From: Reclinomonas americana ATCC 50394
Taxonomy: Eukaryota
Assembly (NCBI GenBank): GCA_048213135.1
Contig: PS015192.1
Coordinates: 110,769 to 160,706 of the forward strand
Length of the DNA: 49,938 nucleotides
Direction of reading: 5' to 3'
Below the pieces are notes generated by a model. The model had not been told where the DNA came from. It was given only the letters and a program-made list of their open reading frames with translations, and searched no databases. A program made the position numbers and the translations under genes. Positions 12,746 to 24,928 of the stretch are shown piece after piece (the stretch's first letter is position 1; each line of letters opens with the position of its first letter).

Positions 12746-12790
12746 GATGCGATGGGTGATTTGACAAGTGCGGTGCGGGACATCGCTGTT

Positions 12791-13205
12791 GGCGAGCAAG
12801 GCTGCTGTGCTGTGTCTTCCTGGGTAGTACGAGCAGTTGTGCCTATACAGCAAGTTCTCGCGGACCCTGCAGTGCATCGCGTCTTGTGCACAAGTCGCGA
12901 AGTTGTCAGTTGCATGGCCATGGTGAGCTCCTTTCTTCGGATCGATGTGGCGAGCAAGGCTGCTGTGCTGTGTCTTCTCAGGAGCACGAGCAGTTGTGCC
13001 TATACAACAAGCCCTTCGCGGACCCTGCAGTGCATCGCGTCTTGATGCAAAGGTCGCGAAGTTGTCAATTGCATGGTGAGCTCTTTTCTTCGCTGCGGAT
13101 CGACATGGCGAGCAAGGCAGCTGTGCGTTTTCTATCCAGGTTTCACTGCTGGCTGTGCCTACACACCAAGCTCTTCGCGTACCCGTCGTTGTGCATCATG
13201 TCTTC
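12791..13205. repeat. Diverged tandem repeat, 158-bp unit, about 2.6 copies
   Basis: GGCGAGCAAGGC(T/A)GCTGTGC starts at 12791, 12949 and 13107. Copies 1 and 2 share CGAGCAGTTGTGCCTATACA and CGCGGACCCTGCAGTGCATCGCGTCTTG. Confidence 0.9.
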
Positions 13206-13523
13206 GTGAATGACGTTGGTGCTCGTCCATCCAGCTCCACTCCAGATCTTCCCTGCAGGAGGCTCTTGCAAACACTATTAATCTTTTCATTCCCCGAACA
13301 CCACGGCTTCTTCCATCTGTTGTTGTGTCCTTTGACGATCCCTGCTGTGTACTCGCGCGATCGTGGGGCGATTGCTGCGGTGAGGTTGTCGTCGTGCTGG
13401 ATCCTTGCTGCTGCTGTTGCAGCTGCTGCTGCTACTTGATTGTTTCCTCATTTTCGTTGTTGCTGTTGTTGCTGTGCTCGTCCGCTGGGACTGGCGTTGT
13501 TGGCTTGGCACCGCCGCAGCGAC

Positions 13524-14547
13524 TCACAGGAGCCGGCAGACGCATTTTTCGGCCCGCTTCGCCGCGGACCCTGCCGACGACAGCGACGACGATGGTGAGG
13601 CGCGTACGAGTGGCAGCTTCTTCCGCGGACTCGTTCGACTCGGGCTGGCGCTCACAGGCTGCGCCGTCGTAGAGGAGGGTGACTCCGACAGTGGCGTCGG
13701 AGCCGACACCTTTTTCTTCTGCCGTCTCCGCTGCTCCTTCTCCATGTCCCTGCGTGGCAATCGTGAGCCTCGTGCGCATGCGTGGGACGAGAGAAAGGAA
13801 ACACGACTCACCTCAGCAGCGCCTCAAACGCCACACCGACATTGACACCGGTCTTGGCACTGGCCTCGACACACACCACCGCCTGAATCGAGTCCGCAAA
13901 CGCCCGCACCCGCTCCAGCGACAACAGCGGGCGACGCCCATGACCCGCCGCCTCCACCTCATCGCGCAGATCGACCTTGTTGAGCACGACAGCCACGCGT
14001 GGTGGCGCATCGGTCCACCCGCCAGTCGGACACACCACGTCGCGGAGCTGCAACCACGCATGCTGGCAGTCGTCCAACGATCGCGGCTCATCAGCCGCAC
14101 ACACCAGCACAAAGCCCTGACTCTCGCGCGCCCACTGCGGCAACAACGCCGCACGCAGCTCGCTCTGCCCGCCCGTGTCGATCACGCGCAGTCGTGCCGG
14201 TCGCGACGCTGTCGATGTGGGCGAGTGGTAGTCGTACTGATCCTCAATGGTGGTGTCAATGTCGCCGCTGTCCAGCCACACTCCGCGGACAAGTCGCACC
14301 GCTGTGTGGAAGGTGGCGAGCGTGCATGAGCGAACAAGGGACAACACGCACTCAGTGGGGGGTGGAGGTGGACAGTACCGAGTGAAGACTTGCCGGTACC
14401 GCCTGGTCCGAGGAGTGTGACGCGGGGTGTGGATGAGAGGGCCTCGGATTGGGCGCTGTTGAGAGTGTTGTTGATCTGTGTGTTTTGTGCGAATGAGTGA
14501 CAAGGAGCAAGAGAGTGGACGCGTGCGGGTGCTTGGCAATGTACCAT
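13524..14547 (-). CDS. Ras-family small GTPase with C-terminal CaaX, multi-exon
   Basis: G1 GPGGTGKSS, effector DTTIEDQY, G3 DTGGQ, G4 NKVD, G5 EASAK. The last exon ends KCVCRLL*. Confidence 0.9.
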
Positions 14548-15060
14548 TTTTTGTGTGACTGTGCTTGTTTGTTTGTGAGTGTGGGGGGAGTTAGAGGAGG
14601 TTGCGCAAGCGCAGGAGAAAGAGAAAAAGAGCGAGAGGAGTTGGGAGAGGCGACGGAGCCGCCGCGTTGTGACGGCTCTCGGAGGTGGACAATCAAAATC
14701 GAACATCAATTTCAGCGACGGATCCGGATCATCGCCAATTGCAAGCAAGCGGAGGATTTGGGATTGCATGCCGATAGAATGAAGTATATGCAGCACGGAG
14801 CGCATGCATAACTGATTTGGACCGGGAGCATTCAGATGCAGATGCATGCACGGACAACTGATATTGCTGCTTGCTGTCCTCATCCGTCATTGAATTCTAT
14901 AATAATAGAAACTTCACTGATCCATACACAACAATGAGTATCTACCAGTGATCGCCAACTCACAGAATTAATAAAACACAGCGTCACCTATATTGCAGCG
15001 ACAAGAAAACACATGTACACAAAAGTCGGGCGGGCACTCTGTTGAGGTCTTCCTCTTCCT

Positions 15061-17102
15061 CTATGTCGACTCGGCGATGCATCCCACCGTCGTCCCATAA
15101 CCGGTCTTCGCGGAGGCCGCAGCATTGCTCCAGTTGCCTTGGATGACCAGATGGAAGGGCTTCTTAGCAGCACTGAAGCAAGCAAGAACAATAGTCGACG
15201 TCAGTTTTTCATGCATGCCGCACTCAACAGAAAAGTATCAACAAGGGAAGGGACTCACGTCAACAACGGATCCGGATCGGAGAACGACTGCGCCTTGGAG
15301 CTGAACGTCCACGCGCACTTGTCGGCGTTCTCCGCGCCCTTGGAGTCCCACCAGCCAGTGCCGTCAGGATCTGCAGGTGAAGATGGGGTGAGTTCCAAGC
15401 GCACGACAACACACTGCAACCGACGCCGTCATTGCACTCACCAGTGAGGGCTTCCGAGAGCTCGTGGCCGATCAGTGAGATCATCTGCGGAGAGAGAAGA
15501 GACGATAAACGGTGAGCATGACGACCCTTGAAGACTCGCAATCACAAAACTCACCGCACGGGCAGGCACAGTGGGCTGCCATTCGAAGGTGCCGTCGGAG
15601 AGCTTGACCGCCGCGGGATCTGTACCAACACGCACGCGCAGGAGTCAGCCACCGTATTGTACCTCCAACGCATGTGCGCACACTCACAAGTTGGTGCCGG
15701 GCATCCAACAGTGCTGGGCGACGAGCCGACAAACGGGTAGTAGCCGACCATAATGTCCACACCGTTGCACGAGCCATTGCTGTGCCACGCGCAGTACCCT
15801 GTGATGATGGACGAGTCGTGCGTGAGGAAAAACATGGCCATGCACGGCGACATCCCATCGCACGCGCTCACCAAGTGCTGTGCCGTCAGAGTCCACCGCC
15901 GGGTACGTATCGGCAAAGAAATGGTACATGGTGTTGGTGTCGGCCGTCAGTCCGTTGGCCGACAGCGACGAGCAGACCCACGTGACGAGCTCGCCCTCCG
16001 TCGGCGCACGGGTCTTGGTGGTGGTGCTGTACTTGAGAGCCGACGGTGCGGGCACCGACGAGGCCAGCTTGAACGCGGTGGTGTCCCACTTGGTGTTGTA
16101 GGTGGACTGTCCGGTGATGAAAGTCTTCGGGCTTGAGGTCGTAGGCTGCATGTAGTACCTGCAGTCGAAGAAGCCATGAGACGTCAACGTCTCTCACACA
16201 GGAGAGGGTGCCGCTGGTGGTGGTTACGCAACTCCTTCACCGTGTTGGCAAAGCCCGTCGATCCGTAGCTCCTGAAGAACTTCTGCACGCCATAGCGCAT
16301 GCCGCCCAGCAGCGAGGTGTCGGTGACCGACGGCGCAGTGGTCGGCCACGACGGGCCCCACCAGATCGGCACGTTCGACTTGGTCGTCGAGGTAATCACT
16401 CGGCCCTTGTGATACGTCAGCTGGATCACCGTGGTGGTGGCCTTGCCGCCGCTTCCGGCATCCTTGTCGTGACCGCCCTTCTTGCCACCGTCATGATCGT
16501 CGCCATCATGGCCGTCGTGAGCGTCGTCGCCGTCGCCATCCTTGGCGTTGGTCTGCTGCTGCTCACCGCGGTCGACCTCCAGAGCGGCCTTGGCCGCCGG
16601 TGTGCCACTGTCGTCCAAGTCGAGTCCGTTAATTTGTGTGGTGCGCAGCGGCGAGACGTGGCGGAGACCGGCGGTGGTCACCGGCACCTCCTCCAGATCG
16701 AGGGAGGCGAATTCAGCGACTGCGTTTTATTTGGTGAGCGACGAACAATGAAGAAAAGTGCAGTCAAAACATCTGCAGTCAGTGGTCATGCACACGAGAA
16801 AGCAGAGACACGAGGGACAAGGGCGAGAGAAGAAGAAGATGCATTGGAGTGGTAGTATGTCCGTGGGCAGACAAAGGCAGAGGAAGAATTCACAATGCAC
16901 ACAGCGCGCAAATTGGTTGCATGGAACAAAGGAAGAAAAGAGAGAGAGATAGAGAGAGAGAGAGAGATGCACGTGTGTGTGTGTGTGTGCGTGTGTGTGT
17001 TGCAAGACACGCCACTCTACCTTTTTCCTCGTCGGCGTGTACCAACGCAGCCGCGATGAAGAGCACAAAGAGTGCGCAGAGCAGAGTGAGAGACACCTTC
17101 AT
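15061..17102 (-). CDS. Secreted Phi-1/EXORDIUM-like (phosphate-induced protein 1 family) protein, multi-exon
   Basis: Signal peptide MKVSLTLLCALFVLFIAAALVHA. Motifs LTYHKGRVI, IWWG, GYCAWHS, GHELSEALTDP, GWWDSKGAENADKCAW and IQGNWSN are joined in frame by GT-AG introns. Confidence 0.85.
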
Positions 17103-17641
17103 GGTGCAGTCTTATAGTAGAGTGGAACAACGAGGGGGGGGAAGAGAAAAGTGAGTGTTGTGTTGCTCTGGCTCACAGAGTCGGGTGCAAGAAAACAAAC
17201 ACGCCTCTCCGCCAATAATTTGAATTTTGACCCTAGTCAATTTGAAGTAGTTGCGCAACTGACTGCGCGTGCGGGCCCGGAGAGGCCCGAACGATTCTTC
17301 AAGAGGGGGGCGAGGAGGAGGAGGAGGAGAAGGACGACTGGTGGGTTAGCTCCAAAACAAGAACACGGTAATGGGTGCTCAGGTCATGGAGTACTAGTGC
17401 ATTGCAATGCATGCGGCCACCCGATTCCGAATGCGGTGCAGATATCGATGTCCGACTTGCCAACAGACGCAACCGAATGGCGTTGCAGGAATGCTCCAAG
17501 AGCTGCGTGTGTTTGTGGTGCAGTGTGAAGCACAATCGCGGGGCACGAGGCAGAGTTCGTGGCTTGGACGCAGCTGCGAGATCGGAAAACAAGTCTCCGA
17601 AGTTGCCCCAATGCAACTTCTGGAAACGCAGAAGTGTGGTC

Positions 17642-19353
17642 GACAGCGATGCTCGACGGTTCCCACCGATAGCGTGTAGGTGCGCGGCACGCCGCTGGTG
17701 AACACCATGAGAAATCCCGGGTACAAGCATACATCGCATTGATGGTATGTGAAATTGCAGTCAGTCACTGGGCACAATTGTGCGCGCACAGATGATATGA
17801 CTGGCCCTTCCGCGGGAGAATGTGCTGCACTCGGCAAGGGACTTCACACCAAGAACGTGCTAGAGCTTGTTTGCACAACGATAAGAAGACGACCTCGCAC
17901 TCCCCTCATCCTGCATGCTACAAACACAAGCGCCTCTTGGCGGTTTACCAAACACACACAAGTCTGTGGCGCGGGCAGAACAGCGAGCACCATCGACAAC
18001 GAACGCCAAAATGCTGCCACTGCTCAGCTCATCACTCTCGCTTTCAAGAGTAAGCCTGCGACGAGATCATGTTGTCGCCGTCACCCATGCCTGCGCGAGT
18101 GACTGCAGGTGAGCGCGCCGACGAAACACACACGAGGGCACATACACACGAACCCTCAGTGACGACACCGTCGAGCGACACGCCGTCGACAGTGGTGTTG
18201 ACAGTAGCCGGCTGCGATAGGGATGCGGAAGTGAGTTTTCATCACAGAAAGCAAGGCCAAGAGACGAAGCGGCGCTTCCGCAAGCTTTCTCTCTTCTTCT
18301 TCTTCCTCCTCTCTCCCACGACAAGCAATACTCTTACTGCACTATCCGAACATCTTCCGTGCCGCACACTCTCTCGCACGAGGAAGTGATCACCAGATCG
18401 CTCTCTCTCTCTTTCTCCTTCATCCTCTCTCCTATGACAGGCAACACCATAACTGTACGTCACGAGGACCTCTGCATCAGTCTCCGCATAGGGGAGAGAC
18501 CAAGCAAGAGACACAAGACACGAAGCGGTGCTCCGCAAGCTCCCCGCGACAAGCAACACTCTCACAGCGCGTCATGAGAACCTCAGCATCAGTTCTGCAC
18601 GAGGGAGAGACCACCAGATTGCCAGGAGGCACATGTACAGGCCAGCTCTCTCTAGATGGAAATTTGACAAGTCGTGATGTGGAGGGAGGAGGAGGAGTGT
18701 GGAGAGGAAGGGGAGAAAGGGATGTCAGAGAACTGGGCAACCTTTTGGTGCATCGTCAACTGCGTTTGTTCTCCGAGATCTTTCTCTTCTTTCTCTCTCT
18801 CTCTCTGGACAAGCATACTCACGAGAACCTCTGCGTCTGTTCATAACATTCCCTCGTGCGGGAGAAGACGAGCAGATTGCGAAGAGCCAAGCACTCTCTC
18901 TCTCTCTCTCTCTTTCTCATGAAGGTGCTCTTCAGCGCTCTCACTGTACATCGCACGAAGATCACCAAGTCATGCCTTCTTCCCCCCTGCCTCTTTTCCC
19001 CTCCCTCCCTCTCTCCCTCTCTGCCCCCTGTACTCACCGACACACCGCCCAGGTTCAGGTCGGTCGTCACAGCCTGCGACAGAGGAGAGTCCCTGCACAC
19101 AAAAAGAACGAATGAGCGCGGGGAGTGGAGATGCGCCAGAAGGAAGCAACATCCATCAGCACGCAACGTGACAGACTTTCCGTTCTCCTCGCCCGTGAAG
19201 GTGGCTTGCGTCTGGCCCATAATGACGATTTATGAACCTGGACACAATGCGCCCATCAAGTCAGTGTCAAGGAGTGTGAGAAGGTACGCACAGACATACA
19301 CACACACAAAGCGACGCTGCCTGCACGCAACAAAAACGAGTGAGTGCGAGAGT
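17642..19353. repeat. Copy A of a diverged ~1.6-1.7 kb direct tandem duplication
   Basis: Colinear with 19574-21143, e.g. CCCGGGTACAAGCATACATCGCATTGATGGTA, GGCGGTTTACCAAACACACACAAGTCTGTGGCGCGGG and CATACACACGAACCCTCAGTGACGACACCGTCGAGCGACACGCCGTCGAC. Confidence 0.92.
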
Positions 19354-19398
19354 GCGTGCGAGAATGCGTGCGAGAATTCGGGGGGGGGCACGCAGGAC

Positions 19399-19516
19399 TA
19401 GGGGTGCTGGGGTGCAGGAATTTTTCACCCACCGGGTACGGGGTGCGGTCGACCAGAAAAAGAAGGGGACGGGGTTCTTCCCAGCAGCCCCAGCTGGGGT
19501 ACAGCTGTACCCCTAG
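19399..19516. mobile_element. Short putative non-autonomous element (MITE-like or Helitron 3'-end-like) between the duplicated copies
   Basis: Bounded by inverted ACTAGGGGT...ACCCCTAGT. Internal perfect palindromes CCCCAGCTGGGG (19488-19499) and GGGGTACAGCTGTACCCC (19496-19513). Only one copy in the window. Confidence 0.35.
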
Positions 19517-19573
19517 TTCGCGGTCGAAGTCGACGTCGACGTCGGAGAGATCTTTGCTGCTCACTCAGCTGCG

Positions 19574-21143
19574 GACAGCGATGCTCGACGACTCCCGGCG
19601 AGTAGCATGCAGATGCGTGGCACGCCGCTGGTGAATGCCATGAGATATCCCGGGTACAAGCATACATCGCATTGATGGTACGCGAAGTTGCAGTCAGTCA
19701 CGAGCACTCTGCGCGCCATGTTACTGGGCTCAATTGTGCGCGCACAGATGATATGTCTGGCCTTCCGCGGGAGAATGTGCTGCATTGGGCAAGGACATTC
19801 ACCAACAGCGTGCAAGAGCTTGTTTGCACAACGAAATAAGACGACCTCACACTCCCCTTATCCTGCATGCTTCAAACACAAGCGCCCCTTGGCGGTTTAC
19901 CAAACACACACAAGTCTGTGGCGCGGGGCAAAACAGCAAGCACCACTGACGATGAACGCCGAAAATGCTGCCACTGCCCACTCTCGCTCAAGTAATATTC
20001 GGCTTGAGTACGTCGCCACCCATGTCTGCGTCAGTGACTACGGGTGAGCGCGCCGGCGAAACACACACGAAGGCACATACACACGAACCCTCAGTGACGA
20101 CACCGTCGAGCGACACGCCGTCGACGGTGGTGTCGACAGTCTCCGACTGCGACAGGGACGCGGGAGTGAGTTTTCATCACAGGAAGCAAGGCCAAGAGAC
20201 GAGGTGTCGCTTCCGCAAGTTTTCTCTCTTCTTCTCCCACCTCTCTCCCACGACCAGCAATACTCTGACTGCACTACCCGAACATCTTCCGTGCTGCACA
20301 CTCTCTCACACGAGGAAGCGATCACCAGATCGCCAAGCGAAAGACTCAAGCTCTCTCACATGACAGGCAACACCATAACTGTACGTCACGAGGACCTCCG
20401 TATCAGTCTCCGCATAGGGAGAGACCAAGCAATAGACACAAGAGACGAAGTGGTGCTCTGCAAGCTCCCCGACAAGCAACACTCTCACAGCGCGTCATGA
20501 GAACCTCAGCATCTGTTCTCCCCGAGGGAGAGACCACCAGATTGCCAGGAGGCACATGTACAGGCCAGCTTTCTCTCTCTCTTTCTCCCTCCTCTCTCGC
20601 TGCTTGCATGACATGACTGCACGTCACGAGAACTTCTGCATCCGTTCTTAACATTCCCTGGCGCGGGGGATCCGGAAGAAAGATCCAGATTGTGAAGAGC
20701 TCTCTCTCTCTCTCTCTCTCTTATTCTTCTTCTCCCTCCTCTTTCCCATGAAGCTGCTCTTCAACGCTCTCACTGTGCATCGCGCGAAGATCACCCCGTC
20801 ATGATGGACTCCTTCTTCTCCCTCCCTCCACCCTTCCTCTCTGCCCCCTGTACTCACCGACAAACCGCCCAGGTTCAGGTCGGTCATCACAGCCTGCGAC
20901 AGAGTAGAGTCCCTGCACAAAAAGAACGAATGAGCGCGGGGAGTGGAGATGCGCGAGAAGAAGCAACATCCATCAGCACGCACGTGACAGACTTTCCGTT
21001 CTCCTTGCCCGTAAAGGTGTCTTGCATCTGGCCCATGATGAACCTGAACACAATGCACTCATCGAGTCAGTGTCAAGGGGTGTGGGATACACACACACAA
21101 AGCGACGCTGCCTGCGCGCAACGAACGAAGGAAGTGCGAGAGT
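19574..21143. repeat. Copy B of the diverged tandem duplication
   Basis: Colinear with 17642-19353, with many substitutions and indels. Confidence 0.92.
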
Positions 21144-21657
21144 GAGCGCGTGTCGTGTGAGAACTTTCTCATGATCACCAGTCAAAGGTGGACGTCGGAG
21201 TTCTTTCGCTGCTTCATTCCAACGCGCTGTGTGTTCTGACACTGTGCACTTTATGATGCGCGTGTTCGAATTCTCGAGCCCAGTCGCCAGTTTGATTTGA
21301 ATACGCGCGCGACGTCGACGTTTCGCTTCTCTTGCCTACCTGCCTGCCTGCAGGTCTTGTCGGGTTTTGACCAACCTTGACCTCCCAGTTATCCTGCCTG
21401 GAGCCAAGTGTCAAAGTTGCAATGTCGAAAACACGCAGTGATGAAATCGATATCGGTCAAGCGTCCAAGGATGACGGCACAGCTGCAGAGCCCGCAGAGT
21501 TGGCACAGACGAAGTTTGATACCAAGGCGCGCAGAAAGCCAGGAGGTCATCGTTTTCCAGCCCCCTCTTTTCCTTGGTCACCACCATCCCCTTCTCCTCC
21601 ACCCTTCGCCCTTCTTCTCCTCCCTTCTCCACCCTTCACCCTTCTTTTCACCCACAA

Positions 21658-23281
21658 TTACACTGCATCCCTCTTGCACAACTGCTGCATGATCTTGGCG
21701 CGAATCTCGCCCTCGCGATCCGGCACCAACTGCGAACACATGCTCAGCGTCTCCAACACGTCCTCCAGCTGCACGCGCGCCGGTGGTGGCCTCTCGCCGC
21801 CGTCGCCGCGCAGCACATGATCCAGCGTCCCTTGCCTGGCGCGCGCCCAATTGGCACACGTCGTCAGCAGGTCCTTGAGGTAGGCGCGAATGGCGGCCGC
21901 CATGAGATCGGGACAGTCGTCTTCCATGCGCGTGAGGCCCTCGTCGGCCACAATGCCGTGCATGCGAGCGCGAATGGACGACACGTCGGGTGCATCGGTG
22001 CCGACCTTGGCTCGTCGCAACAGCGCCGTGATCTCATACGGTCCGTGATCCACGGCGTCCATGTCGCGCAGCGTGGTCGCCCCCGCCGCCGACGTCACCA
22101 CGCCTCGCGGACCCACCATCAGGGGCTCGCTGCCAATCGCGCCGGCACTCGAGTGGCTGGCAAACGCAGCCGCCACCGCCNNNNNNNNNNNNNNNNNNNN
22201 NNNNNNNNNNNNNNNNNNNNNNNNNNNNNNNNNNNNNNNNNNNNNNNNNNNNNNNNNNNNNNNNNCATGGTGCGACTTTCTCCTCCCCACTCGTCTTCAT
22301 CGCCTGTCGCTCATCACCGATGCAGTATCCACACACAACTTGCTGGTGCTGGGCATGCTGCACAATGCGCGCTTGGATAATGTGACGCACGCCACGGCTG
22401 TGGTGGAGTCGCATCGGCGGCGCGTGGTGGAGGACATTGGGTGGAGGCGATCGTCGGGTGGTGCGCAAGCGGGGGCCACCGATGGGGCGGTGGGCACGTC
22501 GGCCGTCGGTTCGTCCATGCGTGGCATGCGGCGGTCGGCGGCGTCGCGAGTGGGCGGCGGACCCGGGGTGGGTATGTTGGATGCGTCGTCGGTGGCGGCA
22601 GGTGGACCCGGCGCGCCTGGTGCGTCGTCGTCGGCTCCGTCGCGACGCTTCTCGTCGGGGTCGGCNNNNNNNNNNNNNNNNNNNNTTCGCCGAGCAGACG
22701 ATGCGCTTCGTCGTCAAACTCAGGCTTCGACAGCTTCGCCAGCATGTAGTTCTTGAACAGCACCCAGTATTGCTGCGCAAAGAGGGAAGTGAGGCGAGAG
22801 AGACAGAGACAGAGAGAGCGAGACAACTGCATTCTCAAGACGCACATTAAACACTTCCGCGCCCACCGCACTCCTCAACACACTCTTCAGCTTATCCGTG
22901 TCCACGCGTCGCGCACCACCACTCGTAATGATCGCACTGGCCGGCAATCCCGCCGACGACGCCGCCAATGCACTCCCCTAATCCAATCATCATCATCATC
23001 AATGCACACACACTCTCTCTCTCATTGACACATTGACTAACCGCTTGCGCTGCAGCAGTGGCCCGCGCCTGCGCCACCGACTGCTGCTGTTGCTGCACGT
23101 AGAGCAGTTGCTGGGCGGTGACTGGCGGTGGCGCCACACCCGCAATGCCCCACCACGCTGACGCAGGCAAGCTCCCGCCGTCCTCATCCTCCTCCACCTC
23201 GCGGTCCTCCTCGTCCCCGCGCACTACGTCGTCCACTGCACTCGCCACGTCGTGTGGTCGTGGTGGCGCGCCAGACAACAT
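21658..23281 (-). CDS. TADA1: SAGA subunit Ada1/TADA1 homolog; the internal contig 22266-22665 is inverted
   Basis: N-terminal RVDTDKLKSVL...QYWVLFKNYMLAKLSKPEFDDEAHRLLG. THNLLVLGMLHNA lies on the opposite strand in a gap-bounded contig. C-terminal histone-fold-like PDVSSIRARMHGIVADEGL...AIRAYLKDLL. Confidence 0.82.
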
Positions 23282-23350
23282 TGTGTGAATCGAAAACGAG
23301 GACACAAGGACGCGCGCTTCTTCTCACTACACGTTGCTCTGCGTTGTCGC

Positions 23351-23381
23351 ATGGATCCTGTGGGTGTCGTTGCGTGTCGCC

Positions 23382-23422
<41 letters not shown>

Positions 23423-24525
23423 GCACTCGTTCTCCATTCGCATGATTCACTCTCTCGCACACAGCGTCGTCTCTCGCAAGAGTACAAGGCCTTGCAGCGC
23501 GATCCAGTGCCGCACATCGAGGCCGTGCCCAACCCTCGGTTTGTGTGTGTGTGTGTGCCTCTCACACACACTGCACTCATCGCTCATTATCTCATCTGTG
23601 TGTCATTAGTGACATTGGTCAGTGGCACTTTGTGTTCCACGGGCCGCCTGACACGCCGTATGCCGGTGGAGTGTACCACGGACGCATTGTGTTCCCGCGC
23701 AGATACCCATTCGAGCGTTCGTGATTTCGTGTGTGTGAGAGAAGAGTGAATGCCACGTGTTCTCATTCGCGCATGCATGCAGCGCCGGCCGTGTCGTTTG
23801 AGACCCCGAATGGGCGCTTCCACACGCAAAAGCCCATTTGCTTGAGCAACACCAACTGTTGCGTTGTGCGCGCGTGTGTGTTTGTGCGTTGTTAGTTGCG
23901 ATTGACGGCAGGAGTTGTCTCTCAGTTCACAAGGAGAGCTTCACGCCAATGTGGGGACCGCGCTCGTTGCTGCTCGGTCTGCTGTCGTTCATGCTGGAGA
24001 ATACGCCGACGTATGGCAGCATCGACCTCACCGATGCGGAGAAGAGGCAACTGGCGCGTCAGTCGCTCGAGTTCAATCTGAAGAACAAGTCGTATCGCGA
24101 CCTGTTTCCGCATCTGTGCACTCCGGAGGATGTGGCGGAGGCCAGTGTAGTTGCGTGTGGTTGTGTGGGTGAGAGGGTGCAGTCGATTCCGTTCTTAACA
24201 GCGCGCGTGCGCACAGAGCTCGGCGGCCAGCGCGTCGACGGCAACCACCACGACCACCACCACCACCACGACTACGGTGACAACAGCCGCAGCAGGAGGA
24301 GGAGGTGGAGGTGGAGGAGGAGGAGGCAGTGGGGCGGCTGAAGGAGTCGCGGGTGACGCCGAGGGATCTGGTCGCGGCAGAGCAGCAGACGAAGTCGATG
24401 CAGACAAGCCACCAGCAGGGACATCAACCGCGGTCCGTGTGGTGCGCGGAGTGTCGCAAGTCGCTTTGCAGTTGTCTCTGTTTGTTGGTGTGTGTGCTGT
24501 GTGTGCCTACTTGTTGTGGTGGTAA
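23351..24525 (+). CDS. UBC6: ER-anchored ubiquitin-conjugating enzyme, Ubc6/UBE2J family, six exons
   Basis: [36 protein letters not shown]...ICLS (catalytic Cys), [20 protein letters not shown] and a C-terminal hydrophobic tail anchor ([17 protein letters not shown]). Confidence 0.95.
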
Positions 24526-24928
24526 AAGAGGAGGACAAGGAAGAGCGAAGCACTTTACCGGTCTTCCTCAGGTTATCGCACGCGTGCACCTTCTCATCTC
24601 AACGCGCTTGCACACGAGCACGGTGTGGCGCCTTGGAAATCGGCAACTGTGCGTGAGCGAATTTCCGGCTGTCGTGTGGCTCACTTGACAGGATTCGACA
24701 CCAATCCAGACTGTCGTAGCTGGAAGGCGGACGGCTGGCGTAACTGGCTCGGCGGACACCTGGCGTGGTCAGGAATGTCGGACGTGGCCGGCAACGCGGA
24801 CGCTTGGCTTGGCTGGAAAAACTTGTCATAGTCGGCCTATAAAACCGAACCCGACAAATAGGTTTGTGTATCTGTCTTTCCATACTACCACAAGAGAGCA
24901 AGCAACACACTTATCTTCATCTTCTTCC

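Noticed and set aside
12791-13205. Possible CRISPR-like array
   Set aside because: The whole 158-bp unit is repeated, with no unique spacers and no cas genes, in a eukaryotic context.
17151-17701. Plus-strand Cys-rich ORFs (CNACG...WRC) as a zinc ribbon
   Set aside because: Short, interrupted by stops, with no convincing splice path or family motif.
21377-21660. ORF MSKTRSDEIDIG... downstream of TADA1
   Set aside because: Runs into low-complexity sequence and overlaps TADA1 antisense, with no recognisable motif.
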